Shown one piece after another: positions 1 to 9,602 of a DNA stretch of 42,989 nt. The position numbers and the translations under genes were made by a program. Positions within the stretch are counted from its first letter, which is position 1; each line of letters opens with the position of its first letter. The stretch lies in NCBI GenBank assembly GCA_026014515.1, contig JAOZIG010000039.1, forward strand, positions 1 through 42,989, written 5' to 3'. The notes under the pieces are model-generated. The model was given only the letters and a program-made list of their open reading frames with translations, made no database searches and had not been told where the DNA came from. Source of the stretch: Candidatus Bathyarchaeota archaeon. Its GTDB lineage: Archaea; Thermoproteota; Bathyarchaeia; TCS64.

Positions 1-492
1 GAGAAAGACATACAGCCGGTATTTGATATTCACACTGACCCAGATGTAATGCGTTACTATGGTGTCAAGCCCTATGCCTCATTGGATAAAAGCAAGGAAC
101 ATCTTGACTGGTTAGCCAAACTCCACAGGGAAGAGATTGGGCTCAGATGGATAATCACCCTCAAAGAAAGGGACCAATACATCGGTGACGTAGGTTTCTA
201 TGATTGGGAAAAGAAGCACAGAAGGGCTGAGATAGGGTACATCCTAGGCAAACAATACTGGGGAAAGGGCATCATGACTGAAGCCATCAAAGCAGCACTG
301 GATTACGGGTTCAACGAGATGAACCTAAACAGAATACAAGCCCTAATCGACCCAAGAAACGATGCCTCCAAGAAGGTAGCCGAAAAACATGGCTTCAAGT
401 ATGAAGGCACATTCAGAGACTATGAGTACGAGTACGGTGACTTCATAGACCTCAACATGTACAGCGTTCTAAAACGCGAGTACAGGGCTTAA
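1..492 (+). CDS. GNAT-family N-acetyltransferase (RimJ/RimL-like), 5' end outside window
   Basis: ORF 49..492 stays open in the same frame back to nt 1 (EKDIQPVFDIHTDPDVMRYYG). GNAT core is present: RWIITLKERDQYIGDVGF, EIGYILGKQYWGKGIMTEA, NLNRIQALIDPRNDASKKVAEKHGF. Confidence 0.75.
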   Translation, partial: EKDIQPVFDIHTDPDVMRYYGVKPYASLDKSKEHLDWLAKLHREEIGLRWIITLKERDQYIGDVGFYDWEKKHRRAEIGYILGKQYWGKGIMTEAIKAALDYGFNEMNLNRIQALIDPRNDASKKVAEKHGFKYEGTFRDYEYEYGDFIDLNMYSVLKREYRA

Positions 493-530
493 CCATTTAA
501 CACCCCGACACCATACATTATCTGATCATT

Positions 531-995
531 TTGCTGAAACCAGAGACACTCATAAACAGGATAGCACGCATCATCGCATCAACCCGTTTTCCCTTTGTAG
601 ACCAAGACACATGGCCCGAGGGTCAACAAACCATAGTAAATGATGAGGTAAAACGCTACGCTATCAGTACTGATATTGGCACTCTCTACCCAAACATAGT
701 GATAACAAACCCTGATGGAAGCATCAGAGAATTAGGGGTAGTCGAACAAGAATCCGCCATATCAGAGAACAGTATTCCCCGATGGAAAGCATTGAGCCAA
801 GTTGCTCCCTATGGACGAGAATACAAGAAACTCTTCCTCTATGTACCAACGGGCAAAGAGGATACAACAAAGAATCTACTGGAGAAAAACAAGATCGACT
901 ATGATGGCATCCGAGGCTACAGGGTAGAAAAACAAAACCTCAAGATAATTCCCCACACAACACGCAACGACGAATACGACCACACTGTAACCTGA
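531..995 (+). CDS. hypothetical protein, 154 aa (TTG start per ORF track)
   Basis: Only long ORF in this interval, with no competing frame. I cannot name a motif with confidence. Confidence 0.4.
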   Translation: MLKPETLINRIARIIASTRFPFVDQDTWPEGQQTIVNDEVKRYAISTDIGTLYPNIVITNPDGSIRELGVVEQESAISENSIPRWKALSQVAPYGREYKKLFLYVPTGKEDTTKNLLEKNKIDYDGIRGYRVEKQNLKIIPHTTRNDEYDHTVT

Positions 996-1011
996 GAATA
1001 GCCGCTAACAA

Positions 1012-1021
1012 GGGGGGGGGG
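1012..1021. repeat. G10 homopolymer in the gap between convergent genes
   Basis: Read directly: aacaa-GGGGGGGGGG-taggtg, 17 nt after the stop of 531..995. Confidence 0.9.
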
Positions 1022-1176
1022 TAGGTGCGGCACAGCCGCAAAGGCCTCTATTTTCATGAAAACAGCCCCAGAACCGCTTCTTTTCGATCCAAATCAGTAC
1101 CAAAAAGTGATAGAGTAACCGAGAAATATGCACCCATTCACCGGGCATTAACGACAAAAAACACCCAGATAAGCCC

Positions 1177-1581
1177 CTACAGGTTATCTATAACCCGCTT
1201 AAGTTTGCCACGAATTTCCATCGCGGTCTCTCCAAGCTCAGGGTTATCAACAGCCTGCATCGATGCAACAGGATCGATAGCTGATACCACAGTTTGGGCA
1301 TTATCATTTACGTAGACGATGATGTTGCAGGGGAGCATCAAGCCAAGCTCCATCTCCTTCTGGAGAGCCTGATATGCATGGTGTGGATTACATGCTCCGA
1401 GAATCGTGTATGGTCTGAACTCTACGTCTATCTTCTTCTTGAGGGTCTCCCGTACATCGACCTTGGTCAGTACACCGAAGCCCTCCTTCTTCATCTCCTC
1501 AGAGACATGCGCTATTGCCTTCTCATAACCCATTGATACTACTTTACTGAAGGAGTATGCGTTTTGAACTGTCTTACTCAT
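1177..1581 (-). CDS. DUF302 domain protein
   Basis: MSKTVQN... with the DUF302-typical core GFGVLTKVDV...RPYTILGACNPHHAYQAL. I prefer the ATG at 1581 over the upstream alternative start at 1605. Confidence 0.75.
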   Translation of the reverse strand: MSKTVQNAYSFSKVVSMGYEKAIAHVSEEMKKEGFGVLTKVDVRETLKKKIDVEFRPYTILGACNPHHAYQALQKEMELGLMLPCNIIVYVNDNAQTVVSAIDPVASMQAVDNPELGETAMEIRGKLKRVIDNL

Positions 1582-1661
1582 AATAAGGAGTCCAACTAGT
1601 TGCAAATATATACCCTGTCATTTACTGAAAATTCTAAATATAAACGACATAATAGACGTCT

Positions 1662-2276
1662 ATGGAATCCAAGACTCTCATCACGGGAATCATAATAGGC
1701 GCAGTCATCGGCGCAGCACTAGGATACTATATGTGGGGAAACCAAGACACCAGCACCGTAGAAGCACAAATAGCTACGCTACAGAATCAACTAGACGCCC
1801 TCAGTGATCAGTTAACTGCTGCAGAATCAGACCTAGAGGCTCTTGAGATTCAGCTTAGCAATCAAGCAGCCACGATTCAAAGCAAGAATGTATTGATCAA
1901 CTCACTTCAAGCAGAGATAACCTCACTTGAACAAGAGATAGAGGATATGGAGTCTCAGATACCAGAGACGCCAGAACAGAACACGGTACTTGGTTCATGG
2001 ACAAGCTCCGAGACCATGTTGTGGCAGATGATGTTCACAGAAAACTTCACGATTACAGGTGATACCCTCATACTCCGCTGGGCAGTAGTACCCGGATATA
2101 CCTCAGACATCACCATAATAGTGGTTGACTCAGAAACTGAGGCAAACGTTGAAGAGATAATACTAGAAGACGCTACCTTCGGAGTTCAGCAATACCCCAT
2201 AACCCCTGGAAAATACTATATCTATGCCATGGGGGACGAGGAATACACAATCACCGCCATGGAGCCCCCCTCATAG
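1662..2276 (+). CDS. membrane-anchored coiled-coil protein, hypothetical
   Basis: N-terminal TM segment (LITGIIIGAVIGAALGYYMW), a Q/L/E-rich heptad region (EAQIATLQNQLDALSDQLTAAESDLEALEIQL...) and a C-terminal beta-like domain. A TATA-like CTAAATATAAAC lies at 1634-1645, about 20 nt before the ATG. Confidence 0.5.
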   Translation: MESKTLITGIIIGAVIGAALGYYMWGNQDTSTVEAQIATLQNQLDALSDQLTAAESDLEALEIQLSNQAATIQSKNVLINSLQAEITSLEQEIEDMESQIPETPEQNTVLGSWTSSETMLWQMMFTENFTITGDTLILRWAVVPGYTSDITIIVVDSETEANVEEIILEDATFGVQQYPITPGKYYIYAMGDEEYTITAMEPPS

Positions 2277-2306
2277 TATATACTGAAAACGGGTTTAGTC
2301 GTAAGT

Positions 2307-2316
2307 CTTTTAAAAG
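2307..2316 (+). promoter_or_regulatory. TATA-like box upstream of the atp operon
   Basis: CTTTTAAAAG is centred about 29 nt upstream of the ATG at 2341, which fits a leaderless or near-leaderless archaeal transcript. Confidence 0.3.
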
Positions 2317-2340
2317 AAATTCAACTTGACCCCTCTTGAA

Positions 2341-2655
2341 ATGAGCATAGCTGTCATAGGTCCCTCATCATTCGTGACATGCTTCCAGCTAATCGGTGCA
2401 CGAGGCTACGAAGCAAACGATGAAGAGACAGTGGTTGCCAACCTAGACCGTGCAATGGCTGATAATCCAAAGATTATCATCGTGCCAGAGCGGTACACTG
2501 AGGCTACGCGACCAATCAGAGAAGAAGTGATGAGGAGAGGCGAGATTACGCCACTTTTCGCGCTTATACCCGGACTCACCATGGAGACAGGGATGAGGAT
2601 GGAGGAGCTACAGGCAGTGGTCTCACTAGCAATAGGGACTAAACTGGAGTTATAG
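2341..2655 (+). CDS. atpF: A-type ATP synthase subunit F
   Basis: MSIAVIGPSSFVTCFQLIGA...KIIIVPERY... has subunit F size and pattern. The ORF track starts it at TTG 2326. It is the first gene of the ATPase operon. Confidence 0.8.
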   Translation: MSIAVIGPSSFVTCFQLIGARGYEANDEETVVANLDRAMADNPKIIIVPERYTEATRPIREEVMRRGEITPLFALIPGLTMETGMRMEELQAVVSLAIGTKLEL

Positions 2656-2660
2656 TTAAA

Positions 2661-2993
2661 ATGGAAATGAAAAAAATCCTAGGCTTAAGTGAACGGCTTA
2701 TCGCGTTAATCGAGAAAGCCCAAACAGAGGCAAACACCATCGTTTCCAAGGCCCAGAAAGAGGCAGAGGAGTCTCTTGCAGAGGTCAAGGCAGAGGCTGA
2801 GAAGAAGCGTCTCAGGGCTCAGCGGAGAACCGGTCTGGAAGAGTTCTTGGTTGACGCAGAGGCAGATGCCAAGAAGGAAGCAAAGAAGGTCACCAAGGAC
2901 TACGAGAACAGGGTCAAGGAAATCAAAGGAACCTCCGATGAGAAGCTCAAGGAGGCAGTTGATCACGTGCTGAAGGAGGTCGTACCACAATGA
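2661..2993 (+). CDS. atpH: A-type ATP synthase subunit H (peripheral stalk, V-ATPase G-like)
   Basis: 110-aa K/E/A-rich coiled coil (KAQKEAEESLAEVKAEAEKKRLRAQ). It sits directly before atpE and overlaps it by ATGA. Confidence 0.55.
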   Translation: MEMKKILGLSERLIALIEKAQTEANTIVSKAQKEAEESLAEVKAEAEKKRLRAQRRTGLEEFLVDAEADAKKEAKKVTKDYENRVKEIKGTSDEKLKEAVDHVLKEVVPQ

Positions 2994-3592
2994 GTGAAGA
3001 ACAGATGGAGAACACCCTAATAGACAAGACCGTCCAGCAGCATAACGAGATCATCGAGAAAGCCAAGGAAAGAGCAGCCAAGATAACAGCAAACACTGAC
3101 GCTGAGAAGAAAAGAATCGAGGCACAGACCAATAACGCCATCGAGAACATCATCGGCGGAGAACTACGCGCAGTACACGACAGGATCGTCGGAGGCGCAC
3201 AGCTTCAAGGCAGAAAACAGGTCATGGAGGCAAGAACCGAGGTAGTCAATAAGGTCTTCAAACTGGTCGAGGAAGAGATCAAGAACATCGTTGAAGGACC
3301 CGATTACAAGACCATACTAGTCAAACTAACAAAGGAGTCCATCGAGAACCTAGCCGAAGACTGTATAGTTTATGCTAACAAGGAAGACGCGGCTACCCTG
3401 AAATCCATGATGGAGGAGCTTCCAACAGGCCACAAGGTAAAGATCGAGGAGAGCCCTGTTGACATCGTCGGAGGGGTTACCGTCGTGAACCTTGAGGGAA
3501 CAAAGACCGTCCATAACACACTTGACTCAAGACTGGCTGAAGCAAAAGGAAAGCTAACTGCGAGCGTCGCAGAGAAACTGGGGGTAATCTAG
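2990..3592 (+). CDS. atpE: A-type ATP synthase subunit E
   Basis: 200 aa with an N-terminal coiled coil and a C-terminal globular domain (GGVTVVNLEGTKTVHNTLDSRL). The stop abuts the atpA start (TAGATG at 3590-3595). Confidence 0.8.
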   Translation: MSEEQMENTLIDKTVQQHNEIIEKAKERAAKITANTDAEKKRIEAQTNNAIENIIGGELRAVHDRIVGGAQLQGRKQVMEARTEVVNKVFKLVEEEIKNIVEGPDYKTILVKLTKESIENLAEDCIVYANKEDAATLKSMMEELPTGHKVKIEESPVDIVGGVTVVNLEGTKTVHNTLDSRLAEAKGKLTASVAEKLGVI

Positions 3593-5365
3593 ATGTCAGA
3601 GAGACTTGAAGGAGTAATCGAGCGAATCAACGGCTCACTAATCCTAGGAAAATTCAAAGCACAGCCCAAGATGGGTGACCTCATCGAGGTAGGAAACCTA
3701 AAACTCATGGGCGAGATCGTCAGACTAAGCGAAGAAATAGCCTATATCCAATGCTACGAGTCCACATCCGGAATAAAACCCGGTGAACCAGTCGTAGACA
3801 TCGGCACACCACTAGTAGCCGAGTTAGGACCCGGACTCATGGCCCAGATCGTAGACGGTATCTCACGATCAGAGACCAAGCTATGGGACCTAACAGGACC
3901 ATTCATCACCAGAGGAACAAACATCGCGCCACTTGACAGAGAAAAGAAGTGGAAATTCGAGCCACTGGCAAAACCCGGTGACGAGGTATCCGGCGGAGAC
4001 TACATAGGTCAGGTACAGGAGACAGAGAGCTTTGTACACAAGATCATGATCCCCCCGAACCAGACTGGCGTAATCAAAAGCATCAAGGAAGGGGAGTTCA
4101 CAGTCACAGACACCATAGGAGTCTTGACCACCGAGAACGGTGACGTTGACCTCAAGATGATGCAGACATGGCCAGTCCGTGTCGGAAGACCAATCAAGGA
4201 GAGGCTCGCGCTAAGCCAGCCACTCATCACAGGACAGAGGGTTATCGACACCTTCTTCCCATGCGCCAAAGGAGGCGCATCAGCCGTACCCGGCGGCTTC
4301 GGAACAGGAAAAACAGTCACACTACAGCAGATCGCCAAGTGGAGCGACGCCGACATCATCGTCTATATCGGATGCGGTGAACGCGGAAACGAGATGGCTG
4401 ACGTAGTCGACCAATTCCCAGAGATCGAGGACCCAAGGAGCGGTAAGAAGCTCATTGAGCGTACCATCATCGTAGCAAACGTATCAAACATGGCTGTATC
4501 CGCCCGTGAGGCCAGCATCTACATGGGCATCACCATAGGCGAGTACTTCAGGGACATGGGATACGACGTATCACTGATGGCTGACTCCACCAGCAGGTGG
4601 GCAGAGGCCCTCAGAGACATCAGCGGCAGGCTTGAAGAAATCCCCGCGGAAGCAGGGTTCCCAGCCTACCTAGCTGACCGTATCGCAAGCATCTACGAGA
4701 GAAGCGGCAGAGTAAAGGTACCAGCAACCGAGGACAGGTATGGAAGCCTAACCTTGCTCGGCGCAGTATCCCCACCCGGTGGAGACTACTCAGAGCCAGT
4801 CACGACTACCACTCTACGTTTCATCGGAACCTTCTGGGCGCTGGACAGCCAGCTAGCCTACCGTAGGCACTTCCCAGCCATCAACTGGCTAAGAAGCTTT
4901 AGCAGATACCTTGACGTCGCAGCCAGATGGTGGGGTGAACTAGACCCCACATGGGAAGAGACAAGAAGCCAAGCACTCAGGATACTTGAGGAAGCAGCCG
5001 AGATCGAGGAGACAGCCCGTATCATCGGTGAGAAGGCTCTCCCAGACGACCAGCGGCTTGTACTTCTACTAGCAGAGATGCTCAGAGAAGGATTCCTGGT
5101 TCAGAGCGCCTTCCACGAGGTTGACAGATACTGTCCACCCGAGAAACAGGTTAAGCTACTACGGCTCTTCACGGACTTCTATAACACGGTTCGTCCACTC
5201 ATCGAGCAAGGAGTACCCATCGACCAAGTACGTGAGCTAGACGCCATCAGGGAGATCATGAGGCTCAAAGAGTATGCGGGAGAAGAACCCATCGACAAGG
5301 CACGTGCCCAGATGATGGCGGAAATAAATGCATTAGCAGATCAATACGAGGTGGAATCATCATGA
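3593..5365 (+). CDS. atpA: A-type ATP synthase catalytic subunit A
   Basis: 590 aa. Walker [11 protein letters not shown], then [13 protein letters not shown] and [23 protein letters not shown]-type motifs. No intein-sized insertion. Confidence 0.95.
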   Translation: MSERLEGVIERINGSLILGKFKAQPKMGDLIEVGNLKLMGEIVRLSEEIAYIQCYESTSGIKPGEPVVDIGTPLVAELGPGLMAQIVDGISRSETKLWDLTGPFITRGTNIAPLDREKKWKFEPLAKPGDEVSGGDYIGQVQETESFVHKIMIPPNQTGVIKSIKEGEFTVTDTIGVLTTENGDVDLKMMQTWPVRVGRPIKERLALSQPLITGQRVIDTFFPCAKGGASAVPGGFGTGKTVTLQQIAKWSDADIIVYIGCGERGNEMADVVDQFPEIEDPRSGKKLIERTIIVANVSNMAVSAREASIYMGITIGEYFRDMGYDVSLMADSTSRWAEALRDISGRLEEIPAEAGFPAYLADRIASIYERSGRVKVPATEDRYGSLTLLGAVSPPGGDYSEPVTTTTLRFIGTFWALDSQLAYRRHFPAINWLRSFSRYLDVAARWWGELDPTWEETRSQALRILEEAAEIEETARIIGEKALPDDQRLVLLLAEMLREGFLVQSAFHEVDRYCPPEKQVKLLRLFTDFYNTVRPLIEQGVPIDQVRELDAIREIMRLKEYAGEEPIDKARAQMMAEINALADQYEVESS

Positions 5366-6744
5366 GCATAGTATACAAGACCACATCAGAGATCAGAGGA
5401 CCAATCCTAATGGTCCAAAAGGTCAAAGACGTAGCATACGACGAGATCGTATACATCGAACGACCAGACGGAACAATCGTACAGGGAAGCGTACTGGACG
5501 TAAGCAAAGACTACGCCATGATCCAGTGCTTCGGAGAAACAGCGGGACTAAACCTGAACACCACAGTAAAGTTCAGCGGAGACGTACAGCGAATCCCAGT
5601 CTCAGAAGACCTCATCGGCAGAGTCTTCAACGGAAGCTTTGAGCCCATCGACGATATGCCACAGATCATCAGTAGCGACCTCAGAGACGTAAACGGCGGT
5701 GTCATTAACCCAGCCGCACGTGAGGTACCAAAAGAGTTCATCCAGACAGGTATGAGCGGTATCGACGGCATGACTAGCCTCGTCAGAGGACAGAAACTGC
5801 CAATCTTTAGCGAGTCAGGACTTGCTCACAACGAGCTAGCTGCACAGATCGCAAGACAGGCTACTATTCCAGGCTCTGAGAGCGATTTCGCCATCGTATT
5901 CGGCGCAATGGGAATCAAAAACGAAGAAGCAGCATATTTCCGTAGTGAGTTCGAGAAGACAGGTGCACTGAACAAGAGCGTCATGATACTGAACCTCGCA
6001 GACGACCCGCCCATTGAGCGTATCGTCACACCACGTGTCGCCCAGACAGTCGCAGAGTACCTAGCATTCGACCTAGGCATGCACGTACTGGTCGTCCTGA
6101 CTGACATGACAAACTACGCGGAAGCACTGCGTGCCATCAGCATTGCCCGTGAGGAGATTCCAACAAGGAAAGGCTACCCCGGCTACCTTTACAGCGACCT
6201 CGCGACTATCTACGAGAGAGCTGGACGTATCAAGGATGTACCCGGATCAGTTACGTTGATGCCTATTCTCTCAATGCCAGCAGGAGATATCACTCACCCA
6301 ATCCCAGACCTAACGGGATACATTACAGAGGGTCAGATATTGCTCCAGCGTGAGCTTGCTCTCCGTGGTATATATCCACCGATGAACGTGCTACCCAGCC
6401 TAAGCAGGTTGATGAAGGACGGTATCGGTGAGGAGACCACACGAGAAGACCACCAAGACGTATCAAACCAGCTATACATGGCGTACGCTGAAGGACAGCG
6501 AGCCAGAGGCTTGGTAAGGATCGTCGGCGCTGTCGGTCTATCAGAGCGTGAGCGTACATGGCTACGGTTCGCGGACCGTTTCGAGCAGGAGTTCATCGCA
6601 CAGGGCATCTACGAGAACAGGACCATCGAGCAGACACTAGACCTCGCATGGGACCTACTGAGCGACCTACCAGAAGATGACCTCATCAGGGTACGTGAAG
6701 CATACATCAACAAGTATCACCCAGCACACAAGAGTGAAGTATAA
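5362..6744 (+). CDS. atpB: A-type ATP synthase subunit B
   Basis: 460 aa with typical B/regulatory-subunit blocks: [62 protein letters not shown]. Overlaps atpA by ATGA. Confidence 0.95.
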   Translation: MSIVYKTTSEIRGPILMVQKVKDVAYDEIVYIERPDGTIVQGSVLDVSKDYAMIQCFGETAGLNLNTTVKFSGDVQRIPVSEDLIGRVFNGSFEPIDDMPQIISSDLRDVNGGVINPAAREVPKEFIQTGMSGIDGMTSLVRGQKLPIFSESGLAHNELAAQIARQATIPGSESDFAIVFGAMGIKNEEAAYFRSEFEKTGALNKSVMILNLADDPPIERIVTPRVAQTVAEYLAFDLGMHVLVVLTDMTNYAEALRAISIAREEIPTRKGYPGYLYSDLATIYERAGRIKDVPGSVTLMPILSMPAGDITHPIPDLTGYITEGQILLQRELALRGIYPPMNVLPSLSRLMKDGIGEETTREDHQDVSNQLYMAYAEGQRARGLVRIVGAVGLSERERTWLRFADRFEQEFIAQGIYENRTIEQTLDLAWDLLSDLPEDDLIRVREAYINKYHPAHKSEV

Positions 6745-6746
6745 CC

Positions 6747-7355
6747 ATGTCTGCCACATCCGGTGTTAGGCCCACAAAGGGCTACCTCATGGAGACCAAG
6801 AGGCGAATCCAGACCGTTGAGAGGGGAACCGAGTTCCTCAAACTCAAGCGGGACCAGCTCGCAAAGGAGTTGACTGAGAGCCTTGACGTCTTGAAGGGTA
6901 GGAGGGGAATGATGATGAATAATCTTCAGGAAGCCTACAGCGCCCTCACTGCGGCCTATCTGAGTCTAGGACCAGCGGAAGTACAGAGTCAGGCACGGAG
7001 CATCAAGAACACTCTTGATCTTGAGATACTGCCCAGAAGCGTAATGGGCGTCGTATATCCATCCGTACGGATCAAAGAGACCCCTGAAATATCAGCGGAG
7101 CTAGACATCACATTGTCTCACGCCGCTGAGAAGGTCTACGAGATCATCGAGGAGCTAATTAGGTTAGCTGAGTTCGAGGAACGGGTAAGCCGTATCGCCG
7201 AGGAGCTTGGTACCACCAGTAGGAAGGTAAACGCCCTTGAGAACATGGTTATACCCGATATGAAGCACACCATCAAGTTCATCGAGGATAAACTCGACGC
7301 AGAATCGATGGAGGAGCTAGTCAGGATGAAGCTAATCGGAGGCACACGAGAATGA
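6747..7355 (+). CDS. atpD: A-type ATP synthase subunit D (central stalk)
   Basis: RPTKGYLMETKRRIQTVERGTEFLKLKRDQLAKEL matches the conserved N-terminus of subunit D. 202 aa. Confidence 0.9.
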   Translation: MSATSGVRPTKGYLMETKRRIQTVERGTEFLKLKRDQLAKELTESLDVLKGRRGMMMNNLQEAYSALTAAYLSLGPAEVQSQARSIKNTLDLEILPRSVMGVVYPSVRIKETPEISAELDITLSHAAEKVYEIIEELIRLAEFEERVSRIAEELGTTSRKVNALENMVIPDMKHTIKFIEDKLDAESMEELVRMKLIGGTRE

Positions 7356-8386
7356 CACGAGCAAACCTAGGAACCAACTACGTGGTTCTAAGAACACACG
7401 CGCGTATCGCTGACCTACTGAACAAGCAGCAGATGCAGCGACTAGCAGAGGCAAGCGACATCAACGAGTTCATTATGCGCCTTAAGGAGACCCCATACGG
7501 GGAGATCGAGGTAGAACAAGATGACAAGATCGCGTTAAACCTTGAGAAGGTCTTCATCAAGAAGTTCACTGACAGGATCGAGGAGATAGTGAAGATCACC
7601 CCAGCGAAGATGGGGGAGTTCCTTCACGCATACTTTGACTTCAGGTTCGAGGTATTGAACCTCAAGCGTATCCTCAGGGGAAAGTTCACTGAGAGCACAC
7701 CAGAGGAGATCACTGAGTCACTGATACCCATCGATCCTTACATCGTGAAGGATTATGATGAGCTTGTGAACGCCAAGAACCTTGAGGATGTTGTCATGAA
7801 ACTGAACGGCACATCTTATCAGACACTGGTCGATAAGCTGCCACTGTATCGGGAACATGATGCTCTATGGCCTCTTGAGCTTGAGCTGAACTACATCTAC
7901 GCAAGGAACATCCTACGATTGACCGAGAAGCTTGCGGCAAGTGATAGGCGTATCGTGAACAGTCTCGTTAAGTATGAGACTGATGTCGAGAACGTCTTGA
8001 TAGCTATCAAGCGGAGGGGCAAGGAGGATGTTGACATGGAGTCCATCTTCCCAGTCACCTACGGTATCGATAGAGATGACCTGAAGGCGTTCATCGAGGA
8101 AGAGAGCCTAAACAAGGCGATTGATGGATTGGAGGAGCCATACAGGTCTGTATTGGAGCCTATCAAGACCGGTGACATTGCGCTTGTCCGTGCCATGCTC
8201 CGTAAGGGAAAGTATGATGCAGCTACGAAGGCTCGTGCTGGTAACCAGTTCGGGTTCAACGTGATACTGGCGTTCCTCGTCTACAGTGAGATCGAGAAGG
8301 ATAACCTCGTTGGTCTCGCTTGGGGTGAGGTTCAGGGTTTGAGCCCTGAGCAGTTGCTAAAGTACATCGTTATTCCTTGGGACTAA
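7352..8386 (+). CDS. atpC: A-type ATP synthase subunit C (V-ATPase d-like)
   Basis: 344 aa, all-helical, N-terminal NYVVLRTHARIADLL...FIMRLKETPYG pattern. ATGA overlap with atpD. Confidence 0.85.
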   Translation: MTRANLGTNYVVLRTHARIADLLNKQQMQRLAEASDINEFIMRLKETPYGEIEVEQDDKIALNLEKVFIKKFTDRIEEIVKITPAKMGEFLHAYFDFRFEVLNLKRILRGKFTESTPEEITESLIPIDPYIVKDYDELVNAKNLEDVVMKLNGTSYQTLVDKLPLYREHDALWPLELELNYIYARNILRLTEKLAASDRRIVNSLVKYETDVENVLIAIKRRGKEDVDMESIFPVTYGIDRDDLKAFIEEESLNKAIDGLEEPYRSVLEPIKTGDIALVRAMLRKGKYDAATKARAGNQFGFNVILAFLVYSEIEKDNLVGLAWGEVQGLSPEQLLKYIVIPWD

Positions 8387-8418
8387 CCCTTTTACACTAT
8401 TCTTTCTAATCTTATTCT

Positions 8419-8991
8419 ATGAGTCAACGAGTAGATACTGTATATTTTGAAGGCAAGGGCAAGGAGTACACAGAGGAGACCCTTCTCTTAGCCAAGAAAA
8501 GAGCAGACGAGTTAGGAATCAAAAACATCGTCATAGCATCATACACTGGCTACGCTGGTGTCTTAGCATCAGAGATGTTCAAGGACTATAATCTAATTGT
8601 CTCCGCAGGCATGGTGGGGTTCACAGAGCCTAATGTTCACAGGATGCAGGACGAGAACAAGGAGAAGATAGAGGCAAACGGAGCAAAAATCTTCTATCAT
8701 CTACACAGTTTCGGTGGGCTTGGGCGAGCTATCAAACAAAAGTTTGGACCCATACAGGTAGACGAAATCATTGCATATACGCTTAGAACCTTCAGTCAGG
8801 GCGTAAAAGTAGCGTTAGAAATCAGCTGTATGGCGTGTGACGCTGGGTTGATCCGTTCTGAGGTACCTTGTGTTGCAATAGCTGGTAGCGGTGGGGGCTC
8901 TGATACTGCTGTGGTTTTGATCCCCCAAAATACCCACAGGTTCTTTGATACCAAGGTATTAGAGATAATTTGTAAGCCGAGGATAGGGTAA
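8419..8991 (+). CDS. pyruvate kinase C-terminal (alpha/beta) domain-like protein
   Basis: 190 aa. GKEYTEETLLLAKKRADELGIKNIVIASYTGYAG ... VAIAGSGGGSDTAVVL resembles the stand-alone PK_C-like proteins common in archaea. Confidence 0.5.
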   Translation: MSQRVDTVYFEGKGKEYTEETLLLAKKRADELGIKNIVIASYTGYAGVLASEMFKDYNLIVSAGMVGFTEPNVHRMQDENKEKIEANGAKIFYHLHSFGGLGRAIKQKFGPIQVDEIIAYTLRTFSQGVKVALEISCMACDAGLIRSEVPCVAIAGSGGGSDTAVVLIPQNTHRFFDTKVLEIICKPRIG

Positions 8992-9365
8992 AACCCTGAT
9001 CCTCTCCTTTTGGTGAAAAAAGGCGTTATTACTTGAATAGTATTGTCTTCGCCCACCATTTGATGAGTGGTGCCATGAGTATTACCCAGTTCAGGGCGAA
9101 GGTTATGGTCTGTTGATCCATATTATCAATCTATAGACGTGGTCAACAAATATGTGGTTATGCCGAATACGCGGAATATCGATTAGTACTACATATCGTA
9201 AATCTTTGTTAACCTTCTGTTAACAAGCCAATTTATGGCACCCTTTTACCTAAAAAATAGTCATGAATTCTTATTGTTTTTACATATATGTATCAATTTA
9301 TCGTTATCAATATGTAACAAAAAACGAGCATCATTTATAAAAAAGGAGACATTTTCAACCGTTAC

Positions 9366-9602
9366 ATGGACACTAAAGACCCCACAATCAACAGAATACT
9401 GGAAACACAGCTACGGGAAATATACAAAGAACGATACATCAAATCAGAGATACAAACAATAATGCAATATCCATTCAAAGAAAACCAGTACATCGTCACC
9501 TACAACCTCGACCTCAAAGACTCCTACCCCATAGTCAGAGCAAAAATAGTCGTAGACACAAAAACAGAAGAACTCAAACTCTACGACCCGGGACTTCTAT
9601 AG
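9366..9602 (+). CDS. small hypothetical protein, 78 aa
   Basis: ORF abutting the JAMM gene start (stop TAG 9600-9602 shares its last nt with GTG 9602). No recognisable motif. Confidence 0.35.
   Translation: MDTKDPTINRILETQLREIYKERYIKSEIQTIMQYPFKENQYIVTYNLDLKDSYPIVRAKIVVDTKTEELKLYDPGLL

Noticed and set aside
1-995. GNAT gene plus downstream small gene as a GNAT-toxin/antitoxin (TacT/KacT-like) pair.
   Set aside because: The GNAT has RimJ/RimL-type features. The partner is downstream, 154 aa, and shows no RHH or HTH antitoxin signature.
1025-1315. Track ORFs 1025..1315 (+) and 1294..1536 (+).
   Set aside because: They overlap the DUF302 gene antisense, and their products are S/R/T-rich or L-rich with no motif. 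The DUF302 frame is clearly the real one.
2706-3153. Track ORFs inside or antisense to atpH/atpE (2706..2990 -, 2776..2973 +, 2947..3153 -).
   Set aside because: They are shadow frames of K/E/A-rich coiled-coil genes (L/C-rich or R/S-rich products). The sense frames have clear ATPase stalk character. The same applies to 4009..4359, 4168..4380, 5265..5507, 5511..5771, 5826..6107, 6323..6608, 7136..7345, 7378..7599 and 8059..8259.
9029-9121. 30-codon minus-strand sORF (MDQQTITFALNWVILMAPLIKWWAKTILFK) in the gap after the PK_C-like gene.
   Set aside because: It is hydrophobic and plausible as a micro-membrane peptide. There is no supporting signal I can verify, it is too short, and it partly overlaps another unsupported track ORF (8796..9059).
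9235-9462. 75-aa ORF in the AT-rich intergenic region before 9366..9602.
   Set aside because: It has a low-complexity AT-driven composition and overlaps the better-placed 9366..9602 ORF in another frame. It is more likely promoter DNA.
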